A stretch of 64,000 bases of DNA from a virus, in the IMG/VR virus record IMGVR_UViG_3300032282_006516, positions 32,001-96,000 of that record; one strand, given 5' to 3'. Shown here piece by piece: positions 55,201 to 63,340 of this stretch. Made by a program: the position numbers and the translations under genes. The notes under the pieces were generated by a model that was not told the DNA's origin, made no database searches, and saw only the letters and a list, made by a program, of their open reading frames with translations. Position 1 is the stretch's first letter; each line of letters begins with the position of its first letter.

Positions 55201-55675
55201 ACTGCATCGAGAAGGTCTTTTTGGCCGGGTCGAACACCGTATCAAACGCACGCGCGCCCTTGCCCGTGACGTTGAAGTGGTTCTCCAGCTCACCGTTCGG
55301 CCGGCGCCGCGAATAGACACCGGACTTGAGCTGCCACTGGTTATCGACCTGATACTCCTGCCCATCAAGAATGTAACTGTACCGACTCGTCGTCAGCGGC
55401 AGCTCGGCGATGCGCACGCGGCGTTGGTCCACAGCCGCGCCGGTGTTTTTGTCCTTAAGCGTGAGGTGCGCGTAAACCGGCGCCGCCCATGAGTCACCGG
55501 CTACTTTTGCTGCATGTTGCCCGCGAAGGTCGTCAGGGTGCTTGAGCTTCGACACCTCTAGCTTGTCCAAATGAAGCGTCTGCGTTTTCCCTTCGAGCGG
55601 GAAATGCGCACGAATTCCCTCCAAGACACGGTCCTGGAGATGCTGGGCGGCTTCGTTGGGGTCGAGGTAGGCCAT
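49241..55675 (-). CDS. rpoBC: Single-chain DNA-directed RNA polymerase, beta-beta' fusion
   Basis: beta: TPEGAKTG, GYNFEDGIVISE, GDKMAGRYGNKG, NPSGVPGRMNVGQ. beta': PVIPPVMRP, FNADFDGD, HGARRG bridge helix, QLTLKSFHTGG trigger loop; no stop between the halves. Confidence 0.97.
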   Translation of the reverse strand: MAYLDPNEAAQHLQDRVLEGIRAHFPLEGKTQTLHLDKLEVSKLKHPDDLRGQHAAKVAGDSWAAPVYAHLTLKDKNTGAAVDQRRVRIAELPLTTSRYSYILDGQEYQVDNQWQLKSGVYSRRRPNGELENHFNVTGKGARAFDTVFDPAKKTFSMQYGSSKASLPLYPFLKTLGVSDGELEKAWGKEVLDANKNARGVNTALEAFYKTSKKTAAPSKEEAAAHFHQVMGASNLRPDATEITLGKPFSHVTGDTLKLATEKLLKVSVGHPEDDRDSLVFKDLRTTGDYAFDKLREAGRTVRAKTARKIDGAKDIREIIKFDMFNTPVRDVFHKNSAARVATQINPVEMVSSAMQTTIMGTGGIKSERSIEDEAKFVNPSHLGYLDPINTPEGAKTGVTLRLPLGVRKEGNEAKIRLYNLKTNAMEMVSPTKFATSNIILPDQIRWEGGTPKPLHDTVRMSAGTAIRDGKVSDAQYAMPHAWQLFNMTSNLVPFLGNTSGGRASMASRQMEQAISLVHRQAPLVQVGTGMQSTPTFEALLGKQASHQAPVSGKVVELKKDAVVLQDAKGQHHEVQLYNNYPLNDAKGVLHSTPLVKVGDKVTSGQVIADTNYARNGVLALGTNLRTAYIPFKGYNFEDGIVISESAAQKLSSAHLQKNAIPLDDDLVLNKKKFHLEHPGVFKKEQLEKLDDSGVVRIGQTVHPGDPLIAAMKPYNIKDRTGLAAIRRSMSGAHTDKSLRWDSEFPGEVVGVHKGKDGLAVHVRTIEPMQVGDKMAGRYGNKGIVTMILPDQEMPHTKDGKHIEVALNPSGVPGRMNVGQLLETAAGKIVEKTGKPYIVKNFEPNTDALGKVRADLKAHGLTDTEELFDPVTKQPLGKVMVGPQHHLKLVHQVEKKLSVRSGMNLPGGAHETYDLNLQPASGSGTGGQSMGTLGLYALLAHGATANIREMQTYKAEGPDAQTNPAKRWPSDHDKIWAAIQTGGPLPTPKPTFAFQKFTDMLKGSGINIEKKGHDLVLSPLTDAHIKQLAKKELPNPADLLLSKTDKNGDPMPKPGGLFDEHLTGGHGGRQWTRIGLAEPLPNPLFEAPIRHLTGLSAKDFTAVIHGEKGVAANGGLTDTKAGVTGGAGIKLLLDRIDVAKELPKAEKALQTAKTQEIDKTLKKVKYLRALKDLDMKPSEAYILHNIPVIPPVMRPVSTMPSGALKFADINQLYSDFAKVNDQLKNPTLARHTLDENKKSLRQDYYDGVKAIIGLGTSYADAKHKGLLHQVAGSSPKNGYFQDVLVNRRQDMTMRSTIVPEPALGLDEVGLPKNAALDLYRPFVVRKLKDMGAIQNELQGPALISKQTPAVWRALDKVMEERPVLLKRDPALHKYSVQAFKPKPVEGNAIKIHPLVTGGFNADFDGDTMSAYVPITREAVAEAHKMFPSNNLFSEATGQVMYQPTLESALGLYKLSLVGKDSGKSVKHPGEAVEAVRKGTLHVNDIVHLNGKPTTAGRILMASAVPSGMQQDVLHKMDYHIDKSGLNNLLTRIAKDHTPEYGTAVNQLKDLGNGMAFGSVSLPRSASAGHPFDLTKTVGKTPVATETKGVFVPVGAHTLSLEDFTPDRQARAQALDEAHKKVTAIYAKPGLSQSEKDHQAVTVYEKAERDMRALHEAKLEKNPTNLFTMYKAGVKPGWDQYKQMVLAPMIYKDSMDRKIPTPVTKSYAEGLDVGGYWTQMHGARRGSVMKVQEVQEPGYMSKLLMNNMMHLTVNEHDCGTDKGIALHINERDVHDRHLQQDFTHGSLHLPAGTLLTPDVVGKIRAAKKDAKIVVRSPLKCESEKGICQKCSGLDSGGHPYALGTNIGVHSAHAVGERAIQLTLKSFHTGGVGEQHGSKILNSFARFEQLMSLPQKLPNESSLAMTSGTITKIEPTTTGVDVFIGNRKHHVGKDAGGLPLHQNLPNAEAVAGYTHWNPPVVGAKVEAGDHLSDPNRTILNPHRLYEATGSMDKVQHHLANEIYGLYEKEGIKRRHVETVIKAMGNLTEIVHPGDHDSVLRGEYRPLSVVNRMNQNLVKQGLQPIEHKPVLKGISVMPLELQEDWMAKLQHQRLRTTLADAAALGEVSHIHGTHPIPGVVFGAEFGLTQKQSLQPGREHLKNVPGHHY

Positions 55676-55734
55676 GGGCGTTTGCAGCGTACCGCGCCCA
55701 CTAGAACACGTGCAAGGTTCCGCCCAAGTCGGGG

Positions 55735-55741
55735 ATAAGAA
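55735..55741 (+). promoter_or_regulatory. ATAAGAA core motif
   Basis: GGGGATAAGAA in the divergent gap upstream of the plus-strand island. Confidence 0.45.
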
Positions 55742-55778
55742 CTATGAGGCGCCGCATTTGCGCCTCAAGGAGACGACT

Positions 55779-55880
55779 ATGAGCGAAGAAGAAAACCAAG
55801 GAAATCGTTTTCAGGGTGACATCGACGACCTCTTCGAATTTGACGCCCCGTTCTTCGACGAAGAACCGGATAGCGAATGA
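55779..55880 (+). CDS. Small acidic peptide, 33 aa
   Basis: AAGGAG RBS; MSEEENQGNRFQGDIDDLFEFDAPFFDEEPDSE; ATGA coupling to the next ORF. Confidence 0.65.
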   Translation: MSEEENQGNRFQGDIDDLFEFDAPFFDEEPDSE

Positions 55881-55984
55881 AAACATTCTGGTTGTTTTTC
55901 GTAGCAGGTGCCTTGAACGGCATTCTGCTCTGGATTCGAGAACACATGAGCACGAGGAATGATCCTCAACCCGTATCGGGATAG
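55877..55984 (+). CDS. Small membrane peptide, 35 aa
   Basis: MKTFWLFFVAGALNGILLWIR; not in the ORF track; ATGA-coupled. Confidence 0.5.
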   Translation: MKTFWLFFVAGALNGILLWIREHMSTRNDPQPVSG

Positions 55985-56549
55985 GGTCACGGCACTCCCA
56001 GGGACTCGGATACTGGAAGCCCTCACCGGGGTGGAAGGTGTCCGGGTCCCGGACCCTCAGAACATGTTTCGCATGTGGGAGGTGCAGACGCTGTATCTGC
56101 CCATCGCGGGACGCGCGCTCGGAGGAATCCGAGCCAAACTGGTTGACCAGAAAGGTTTTGTTACCTTCTGCAATCAAAGGGATTTGGAAGTTCTTCTGGG
56201 ATTCGGAACACCGGGCAGTTTCTGCCCGTGGTCCGGAACAAGATACGTGAGTCCCGACGACTCAGAATGGTTTGGGTTCTGCTGCGATGAAGAGGATCTT
56301 CGCGACGACTTGTTCGAGCGCGAGATGTTTCTCCGAGCGCAGACACCAGGCGGAGTGCTCATCTCCGCGCCGGGGTTTGACCTGACGCGGCGCATCCACA
56401 TCAGCGCCACGTACGACGCGGAGGAAGTCTTCGTCTTTCTCCAGGACATGGACCCCGAGACGGGCTTCTTCCCGGACACCCGTTTCGAGACGCTCGAAAG
56501 GAGGTGGGCACGCTCAGAAAGGGAGCGTATTCGATGGGAACGTATTTGA
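55959..56549 (+). CDS. Hypothetical protein
   Basis: 196 aa. Confidence 0.65.
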   Translation: MILNPYRDRVTALPGTRILEALTGVEGVRVPDPQNMFRMWEVQTLYLPIAGRALGGIRAKLVDQKGFVTFCNQRDLEVLLGFGTPGSFCPWSGTRYVSPDDSEWFGFCCDEEDLRDDLFEREMFLRAQTPGGVLISAPGFDLTRRIHISATYDAEEVFVFLQDMDPETGFFPDTRFETLERRWARSERERIRWERI

Positions 56550-57106
56550 GTGCGCTCGACGAGACACAGCCCAGCGGCCACGTTTGCGCCGACTGCGGAG
56601 AGCCGCTGGGTCTCACCGATGAGGTTTGGATGGTGGGGGTTGCGCAGCCCCACCACCTGAACAACAAGGTGTTCTACTACCCAGTCCTGGACGAGGAAGA
56701 CGGAGGGTTCATGTTTGAGCCTTTTTTCTTCTGCTTCGACTGCTGGGAAGGACATTACGCCGCGCTGCGCGAAGAGGTTTCGGATGACTTGCCCGTTGAA
56801 GACGCGGCGAGCGCATCGGAATGCCTCTGCTGCGGCAGCGGAATCCGAGACTGGGAATACGCCGGAGTGTTCACCCTCGGCGAATTCCGCTCTTCGCGTC
56901 GATCTCCTAACGGAGTCCGCGGCGCGAAGTTCGTGGAGATCCAAAAGACGGAGGCGCTCTGCCTCTACTGTCTGGTTCTCATCAACACAGGGCACATCGA
57001 GATGTGGGACGACGTCTCGCAATTCGATGAGTGCGCTGATTGCATTCAGATGCGCTGCTGGAGATACGGCAGCTGCGACTGTTACTGCCACACCGACCAA
57101 GGATAG
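56534..57106 (+). CDS. Multi-zinc-finger Cys-rich acidic protein
   Basis: CADC, CFDC, CLCC, CLYC and CADC...C...CDCYCH motifs. Confidence 0.75.
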   Translation: MGTYLSALDETQPSGHVCADCGEPLGLTDEVWMVGVAQPHHLNNKVFYYPVLDEEDGGFMFEPFFFCFDCWEGHYAALREEVSDDLPVEDAASASECLCCGSGIRDWEYAGVFTLGEFRSSRRSPNGVRGAKFVEIQKTEALCLYCLVLINTGHIEMWDDVSQFDECADCIQMRCWRYGSCDCYCHTDQG

Positions 57107-57110
57107 AAAA

Positions 57111-58265
57111 ATGCTCGAAGATGTACTTTCGGTTGTTCTCCTCACTCCCATGGACGACCCCGCGGATCCCACCTGCCGGTGGGGCGCACCCACGCTCTTC
57201 TGGGGTCCACCCGGCATCGGCAAGTCCGGACGGGTCGAGGCCGCCGGGGCGGCCGTCGACCTGCCCGTCGAGACCCTCTACCTCAGCACTCTCCAGCCCG
57301 AGGACCTCTCGGGCATCCCGATGCCGACCAAGAAGGGTGAAGTCGAAAACGTCTGCTCGTTGCCCCAGGTCCGGGGCCTCACCGCCGCCGGCAAGGGCAT
57401 CCTATTCCTAGACGAGCTGACCACGGCGCGCCCCGCAGTGCAGGGTGCCGGTCTCGGTGTCGTCTACAACAGGGTCGTCGCCGGCAAGCGGCTCCCGGGC
57501 CGCGTCCGTGTCATCGCCGCGGCTAACCCGCCGGAGGAGGCCGCAGGCGGGTGGGGGCTCGCCCCGCCCATGGCAAACCGGCTCCTGCACCTCGACATTA
57601 CGCCCCCTACCGGCGAAGAGTGGGCGGCATGGCTGCTGTCGGGAAGCGAGAAAACGCCTCCCATCGAAGCGGGAGAAAAGAAGGTCATTGAAGGTTGGGG
57701 GTCGGCGTGGCCCAAATACCAGGGGCTTGGCGCCGGTTTTGCCCGGCGTAACGCGAGCGCGCTCTACAAGCTGCCCCCCGAGGGTAGCAAGAACCGGGGA
57801 AAGGCATGGCCCAGCCCTCGGTCGTGGGAGGTGGCGCTCCGCGCCATGGCCACCGCCGAAGCGCTCGGCAAGCGCCCGCTTCAGCTCCGGCTCCTCGCCG
57901 CTTCGTGTGGTGAGGCCGTGACCAAGGAGTGGGCCGAGTGGGTGGCTTACGCCAACCTCCCGGACCCGGAGGACGCACTCAAGAACAACTGGAAGCCGGA
58001 CCCGCGTCGGCTGGACGTCGCGTTCGCGGTCTACGGCGCTGCCATCGCCTTCGCGCTGGGCAAGAAAGACAAGAACTACGCAATCATGGCGTGGAAGCTC
58101 CTCCAGGGGGGCATCGACGCCGGGCTGCCGGACCTGGCACTGGCGCCGGCAACGGCGCTCGTTCGCGGCGGATGGGGCACAAAAGACCCCGCGGTGGCGG
58201 CGGTGTGCAGGCCCGTCATCGCGTTGTTCGGCGAGACGGGCCTCGCCAACTTCGTGGGGCGATGA
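57111..58265 (+). CDS. MoxR-family AAA+ ATPase
   Basis: WGPPGIGKS Walker A, ILFLDEL Walker B, IAAANP, LAPPMANRL, PSPRSWE. Confidence 0.92.
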   Translation: MLEDVLSVVLLTPMDDPADPTCRWGAPTLFWGPPGIGKSGRVEAAGAAVDLPVETLYLSTLQPEDLSGIPMPTKKGEVENVCSLPQVRGLTAAGKGILFLDELTTARPAVQGAGLGVVYNRVVAGKRLPGRVRVIAAANPPEEAAGGWGLAPPMANRLLHLDITPPTGEEWAAWLLSGSEKTPPIEAGEKKVIEGWGSAWPKYQGLGAGFARRNASALYKLPPEGSKNRGKAWPSPRSWEVALRAMATAEALGKRPLQLRLLAASCGEAVTKEWAEWVAYANLPDPEDALKNNWKPDPRRLDVAFAVYGAAIAFALGKKDKNYAIMAWKLLQGGIDAGLPDLALAPATALVRGGWGTKDPAVAAVCRPVIALFGETGLANFVGR

Positions 58266-59569
58266 GTCACCATGTGAAGATGGCCTCTGCACGGGCGTAC
58301 GTCCTGCAGAAGGCGCCGTACTTTTCCAGCGCGGTCTACGCGCTGGTCCCCAAACCCATGCCGGGAATCAAGACGATGCTCGTGACCAAGCAACTGGTCA
58401 TGGGCTACGACCCGGCCTGGGCGGAGCGGGCAACAGTGGAGGAACTCGGCGCCGACATCGCGCATGAGGTCAACCACTTCTTGCGCCACCATTTCGAGCG
58501 GGCCGGGAAGTGCGACCCATCGCTGTGGAACATCGCGGGCGACCTCGCCATCAACCCCAACCTGCGCAACGCGGGTTGGCAGTTGGCGAAGGACGCCATC
58601 TTTCCGGAGAGTTTCAACCTTCCGGAGGGCAAGTCCGCGGAGGAGTATTACCAGCTCCTCCGCAACGCGCAACTGCAACAGCCTCAGTTGCAGGACGCCC
58701 CCAAACAGGGCGAAAAGCCGCAACCGCCGCAACCCGAAGGAGGCCCCGAGGAACAGGACGGCGGAGGGCAACCCATGTCCCCACCACCTCCCGCGGTGCC
58801 GAAACCAGGCACCGGTCGGTGCGGTTCCATCGGGGGACACAGCGACCCCGAAATCGAAAAAGCACTGGAGAAGGAAGAAGGCCTCGGGCGCGACCCCGCA
58901 GAAATGCAGGGCATCGCCCAGAGGACACTTCACGACGTCAAAGAGCACGCGGCAAAACACGGCCGCGGGTCGGTTCCGGGAGACCTCCTGGAGCACCTCA
59001 AAGCGTTTGAGGAAGTGAGCAAGGTTCACTGGAAGGACCTGCTCGCGCACATCATTCGCGACGCAACGGGACGCTTCCAAGCAGGCGGGGATGATTTCTC
59101 GCTACGCCGACCATCGAAGCGTTCCTGCACACGCGGCTTCTTACGGCCTGGGCTCATCGAGCACCTGCCGGAAGTTGCCATTGTCCGGGACACGTCCGGG
59201 AGCATGGGGCAGAAACAACTCGCGGATGCAACGCGCGAGGCGTACGCCATCATGCAGGCGCTCAGTATCGAGGAGGTCTGGTTCGCCGATGCGGACACCG
59301 CCCTCGCGATGCCGTGGCGCCGAGTCGGCGGACAGTTCTTCAAGACGCTTACCGAAGCCAAGGGACGAGGCGGAACAGACTTCCAGCCCGCAATCGACAG
59401 CGCGCTGACACTTCAGCCGCGTCCCAACGTGATTGTGTACGTGACCGACGGCGACGGCTCGGTGGCGGAGTTTCCGCCGCCTGATGTCGAAGTCGTCTGG
59501 GTCATCGTGCCCAGCTACTACAAGAAGCCCCCTGCTACGTGGGGGAAAACGGTCTTCGTAGAAGACTAA
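58262..59569 (+). CDS. VWA-domain protein with N-terminal HExxH metallopeptidase-like domain (DUF2201-like)
   Basis: IAHEVNH, WNIAGDLAIN, DTSGSM MIDAS, GRGGTDF, YVTDG. Confidence 0.9.
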   Translation: MSHHVKMASARAYVLQKAPYFSSAVYALVPKPMPGIKTMLVTKQLVMGYDPAWAERATVEELGADIAHEVNHFLRHHFERAGKCDPSLWNIAGDLAINPNLRNAGWQLAKDAIFPESFNLPEGKSAEEYYQLLRNAQLQQPQLQDAPKQGEKPQPPQPEGGPEEQDGGGQPMSPPPPAVPKPGTGRCGSIGGHSDPEIEKALEKEEGLGRDPAEMQGIAQRTLHDVKEHAAKHGRGSVPGDLLEHLKAFEEVSKVHWKDLLAHIIRDATGRFQAGGDDFSLRRPSKRSCTRGFLRPGLIEHLPEVAIVRDTSGSMGQKQLADATREAYAIMQALSIEEVWFADADTALAMPWRRVGGQFFKTLTEAKGRGGTDFQPAIDSALTLQPRPNVIVYVTDGDGSVAEFPPPDVEVVWVIVPSYYKKPPATWGKTVFVED

Positions 59570-59576
59570 GAGAGAC

Positions 59577-59598
59577 GGGCGCCTCTTCGGGGGCGCCC
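59577..59598 (+). terminator. cUUCGg hairpin after the VWA gene
   Basis: GGGCGCCTC-TTCG-GGGGCGCCC; no U-tract. Confidence 0.5.
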
Positions 59599-59626
59599 AC
59601 TCATCAATTAGCTCCTCATTCTAGGA

Positions 59627-59633
59627 ATAAGAA
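59627..59633 (+). promoter_or_regulatory. ATAAGAA core motif
   Basis: GGAATAAGAA followed by GAGGAGG RBS and GTG. Confidence 0.5.
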
Positions 59634-59649
59634 AGATGAGGAGGCCACT

Positions 59650-60099
59650 GTGGAAATTTTGTCATGGTACTTGGTGCAGCTAGGGTGGTGGATGGTTTGT
59701 GTTTTGGCGAGTGACCCCGGGCGGGCCCTCGCTATTGCCGAACGGCAAGTCCCGGACGGCGCGCCCGCACGGGGCACTTGGAAAGTGACCTGGTACGCGG
59801 CGGGGTCCGCGTACGACCGGGTCCTTCAAAAAATCCCGATGAGTTTCGAGAGTACTGACGCGGAGGAAAGTCGCCTGGCGGTGACCGCCAGCGCAGCAAC
59901 AGCCTGCGTCCGGGGACTCTTGATTGAGGGTGTAAATGCCCGTCAGATCGGGTCGTACGTCTGGGTAGAGGGGATGAGCATCGCCCGAGTCTTCGCTGAT
60001 GGCGAAGAGTTCTGGGTTGAAACGGATGTGTACCGGTGCGAACTGCATGCACAGGTATGGCAGCAGCCTCTCAAGAAGCTGCTGCGCCCAAGATGCTAA
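59650..60099 (+). CDS. Hypothetical protein (GTG start)
   Basis: GAGGAGG RBS at a suitable spacing. Confidence 0.65.
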   Translation: MEILSWYLVQLGWWMVCVLASDPGRALAIAERQVPDGAPARGTWKVTWYAAGSAYDRVLQKIPMSFESTDAEESRLAVTASAATACVRGLLIEGVNARQIGSYVWVEGMSIARVFADGEEFWVETDVYRCELHAQVWQQPLKKLLRPRC

Positions 60100-60145
60100 A
60101 AGAGCGCGTCTGCACGACGCGCTCGCAGGGCACACGCCCTGTTTT
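60098..60145. terminator. Back-to-back terminators between convergent units
   Basis: AAAA-GAGCGCGTC-tgcac-GACGCGCTC (minus strand) and CAGGGC-acac-GCCCTG-TTTT (plus strand). Confidence 0.75.
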
Positions 60146-60154
60146 AGCCTCTAG

Positions 60155-62200
60155 TTACACTGGAGAGTTTGTTCGACGCGGCGCACGCTGCTCAGGCAGT
60201 GGACGCATGTCCACACCCGTCTGCTCACCCCCTTGAGGCTGCCGAGCCGCCAACATCTGGCGCACAAGGTCAGCAAGCTCTGGACTCTGCAGCTCAAGGT
60301 TCTGAAGAGCCTGCTCCTGTTGTTGCGGAGGGAGAGTGGCAAGCATCTGTGCTTGCGCCATCGCGAGCGAAGGCAGGTCGACGTTCTGGCCCTCACCCAT
60401 GCGCTGCTGTCCCGTGAGTTGGCTAGACACCTGACTCAAGAAGTCCTGCGGAGACGACGCTGCAGGAGGAAGCTGCGCGGGCGCTTGCGCCGGGGGTTGT
60501 TGGGCGGGCTGCACCTGTTGCGGGACACCCTGCCCCTGTTCCACCGCTTCTGCGCCCGGCGCCCCACCAGCCGCTTGCTGCTCCGGGCCACCCGGTTCAC
60601 CCGGAGCCTGCGGAGCCTGCATGGCCTGCTGCTGCGCCTGCTGCGCCTTGGCTTGGAACTTCATCATAATGAGCTGAGACTCGCCTTGAATCTCGGCCAT
60701 GGCGAGCTGCTGTTTCTTCGTAGCCGCAAGGCGCGTGTCCGTCTCACGAATCATGATGTCGTTCTCTTCATCCTGAGACAGGTCGCTGTCCGCCAGAAGC
60801 GTCGTATCCGAAACCTTGTTGGCCTGATTCAGCTGCAGCAAGTATGCCTTGCGTTGAATGTCATCCGCCATCTTGAACGGCTTGAAACGGATGCTCGCCT
60901 CGGGCCAACCAAGATATGCAGACACTTGCTTCATGATGAACTTCGCAAGCGCCTTGTGCCGCAGGATGTAGCCGAGGAACATGTTCTCCATCATGCGCAT
61001 GGAGACGTTGGTTCCGGCGTAACTCATGCCGCCCACCAAGAACTCGCGGGGCACGCCCATGCCGGTCATGATTTGCTCAGACCACTGCTGAATCTCACCC
61101 GTCAGCAGCAGTGCCTTGCCGTCCCCGCCAATCGTCTGGTTGCCGACCGGCAGCGGCAGAATCGGGATGTAGTTGCTGTCGTAGCGCCAACGTGCGATCT
61201 CCGCCGCAATCTGGTCGCGCCAGTCCACCAAATTGATGGTGGTATATGGGTCACTGGAACCCGAGCCCGCCTGCGGGAATAGAACGCGGAGAGGAACGAT
61301 GTGCTCCAGGAGAATGGCCTCCTGCGCCTTCTTCATCACCTGCAGGTAGAAGGTGTCCTTCAAAACCGGCAAGAGCAACGGCGTGCCCCAACCACGGTCC
61401 TGCGTCGCCAGCGTAGGCCGACGCATGTGAAAGAAGTTGTCCTTCGAGAAGATGACACCCTTCTGCTCCCGCATGGCCTGGATGAATACCTGCGGTACAC
61501 CTTCGACGATGTCTTTCCGGCCAATGACAACGTCATTTCGAACTACGGCCGGGATCGTGTAGAAGTAGGTGTAATCACCCGTGATGTCGTTGTAGGTGAT
61601 TTCAATGTCTTCGGGGTTCCAGCGAATGGTTTTGATGCCGCTCGCGTTCTTGTAGTAGACGTCCTGCGCCTGCGCGTCTCCAACGTACTGACAACGAGGG
61701 CAGGTCAGACGGAACTGGAAGCTCGTGAAGATCCACTGCGCACGAATCTTCGAGGCCTCGTCCCGGAAATCGCACTGGCTGCAGTAGAGGTACTTCTTGA
61801 ACGGAAAGCCGAGGCTGACGCAGCCGTTGCCGTAGGCGTGGTAATCGAGACCGGTTTCGATCTGAAACGCGCGGTAGCGCAAGTGGTCGTGGAAATACTC
61901 CATCCACCGATTGCGGACTTCAGGTGACTCGTGGTCGATGATGAGATCCGTGACGGGATACTCACTGAGTTTGAAGACCGTCGCGTTGATGAGCGGGTTC
62001 GTGAGGAAGTAGTAACGACACCACTTGAACAGCTGCTTGACCGTAACGGGCAAGTACGTGTGCGCGACATCAAAGAACGGCGAAGGGTAGTTGACGCCCT
62101 GTACCGGCGAACCCTGAATTCGACCCCGTGTTGACGCGAAGCGCAGACCGGAAGCCGGTCCGCTCGCCACACCCATTCCACCGCCACCAATGAAGCTCAT
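60155..62200 (-). CDS. Portal protein with Gln/Pro-rich C-terminal tail
   Basis: WCRYYFLTNPLINATVFKLSEYP, DYHAYGNG, FHMRRP...GWGTPLL, IMTGMGVPREFL, IRFKPFKMADD. Confidence 0.88.
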   Translation of the reverse strand: MSFIGGGGMGVASGPASGLRFASTRGRIQGSPVQGVNYPSPFFDVAHTYLPVTVKQLFKWCRYYFLTNPLINATVFKLSEYPVTDLIIDHESPEVRNRWMEYFHDHLRYRAFQIETGLDYHAYGNGCVSLGFPFKKYLYCSQCDFRDEASKIRAQWIFTSFQFRLTCPRCQYVGDAQAQDVYYKNASGIKTIRWNPEDIEITYNDITGDYTYFYTIPAVVRNDVVIGRKDIVEGVPQVFIQAMREQKGVIFSKDNFFHMRRPTLATQDRGWGTPLLLPVLKDTFYLQVMKKAQEAILLEHIVPLRVLFPQAGSGSSDPYTTINLVDWRDQIAAEIARWRYDSNYIPILPLPVGNQTIGGDGKALLLTGEIQQWSEQIMTGMGVPREFLVGGMSYAGTNVSMRMMENMFLGYILRHKALAKFIMKQVSAYLGWPEASIRFKPFKMADDIQRKAYLLQLNQANKVSDTTLLADSDLSQDEENDIMIRETDTRLAATKKQQLAMAEIQGESQLIMMKFQAKAQQAQQQAMQAPQAPGEPGGPEQQAAGGAPGAEAVEQGQGVPQQVQPAQQPPAQAPAQLPPAASSPQDFLSQVSSQLTGQQRMGEGQNVDLPSLAMAQAQMLATLPPQQQEQALQNLELQSPELADLVRQMLAARQPQGGEQTGVDMRPLPEQRAPRRTNSPV

Positions 62201-62224
62201 GCTGTTCTCCGCCTCAACGGGGCA

Positions 62225-63340
62225 TCAAAGACCAATGTCCGGCTGCTGCCCGGCGGCTGCAGGGCTCATGATGCGTTCGCTCGGCACGTTCTGGCTTTCC
62301 GCGGGCTCAAGCGTACTGGGAGTCATTCCGGGATTCATTCCCGGAGCCCGTACACCACGCAGCCGGTCGACGCCACGCCCAACAAGGCGCCCCGCTGTAC
62401 CAAGCGTGCCGCCTAGCACGGACTGTCCGACAATCGGCAAGAAACTACCCGCCACGGCACCCGCCGTTTCGCCGAGGTTCTGGCCGATGTCTTCTCCCTT
62501 ACCCACCGGACGCTGCCCATCGGCTTGTGTTGTTTCTTCACGTCGAGCCAACGTGGCAAGTGTACTCAATCCGGCCGGCACCAGTGTCATCGCGCCAGTC
62601 AGACTGAGGGGGCTTCCTTGCAATCCCGCCCTCAGCACCTTTCCAGCACCATGCTGCCGTGCAGCACTCGCTATACCTGGAAGGCTCGTCAAATCCATCT
62701 GGCCTCCCGTGTATGCCCGGGCTTCACTCAAAGCCTTTTCAGCCGACTGCACGTTTTTCGCAAGGTTGGCGTGTTGAGCGGCGTCGGCCGCGGCAACGGA
62801 CTGACCGCGAACACGTCGCCACGCCTCGCCCATTAGACCACGAGGAGCCGGATTGGCTGCCGCTTGCTGTGCGGCGTGCAACGCCGCTTGAGCGTCGTAC
62901 GCGCCACCACGGACAGCCATAAGTTCTGCGGGAGAGAGCATCCCCGTCAAGCCATGAACCTGCCTTTGGCCAAAACGCGCAGTTGCCCCCAACGCACCCC
63001 CGCGCTGCGCTAGACCTGAAATGTCGCCGCGCGCCAGCAGTCCCGCACCAGCGCCTAAGCCGGCACCGAGCAAAGCGCCCTTTTTTGCACCAGACACCGC
63101 TCCGCCAAAACCGTGCAATACGGACTGCCCGGCGCTTGCACCTTGCCGGCGGGCTTCTCGGTAATCGCGCACGACACCCAAGCCGGCACCGCCGAGCGTT
63201 CCAGCCGCCGTTCCAATACTCATCAGCGTGCCGACATTTTTTAGCTGCGGCGCAAAACGAGCCACCACGTCCGAGTAACCGGCCGTCTTCTGAAGTTCGT
63301 CACGAAAAGCGCCCAGAGCGTGTTCACTTATCTTAGACAT
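62225..63340 (-). CDS. Putative internal head/ejection protein with glycine zippers (start MSKISE)
   Basis: N-terminal AFRDELQKTAG followed by several GxxxG hydrophobic hairpins. Confidence 0.7.
   Translation of the reverse strand: MSKISEHALGAFRDELQKTAGYSDVVARFAPQLKNVGTLMSIGTAAGTLGGAGLGVVRDYREARRQGASAGQSVLHGFGGAVSGAKKGALLGAGLGAGAGLLARGDISGLAQRGGALGATARFGQRQVHGLTGMLSPAELMAVRGGAYDAQAALHAAQQAAANPAPRGLMGEAWRRVRGQSVAAADAAQHANLAKNVQSAEKALSEARAYTGGQMDLTSLPGIASAARQHGAGKVLRAGLQGSPLSLTGAMTLVPAGLSTLATLARREETTQADGQRPVGKGEDIGQNLGETAGAVAGSFLPIVGQSVLGGTLGTAGRLVGRGVDRLRGVRAPGMNPGMTPSTLEPAESQNVPSERIMSPAAAGQQPDIGL

Noticed and set aside
49241-55675. Interpretation as a host chromosomal rpoBC locus
   Set aside because: No flanking ribosomal protein genes, conserved residues are too diverged, and the neighbours are phage structural genes
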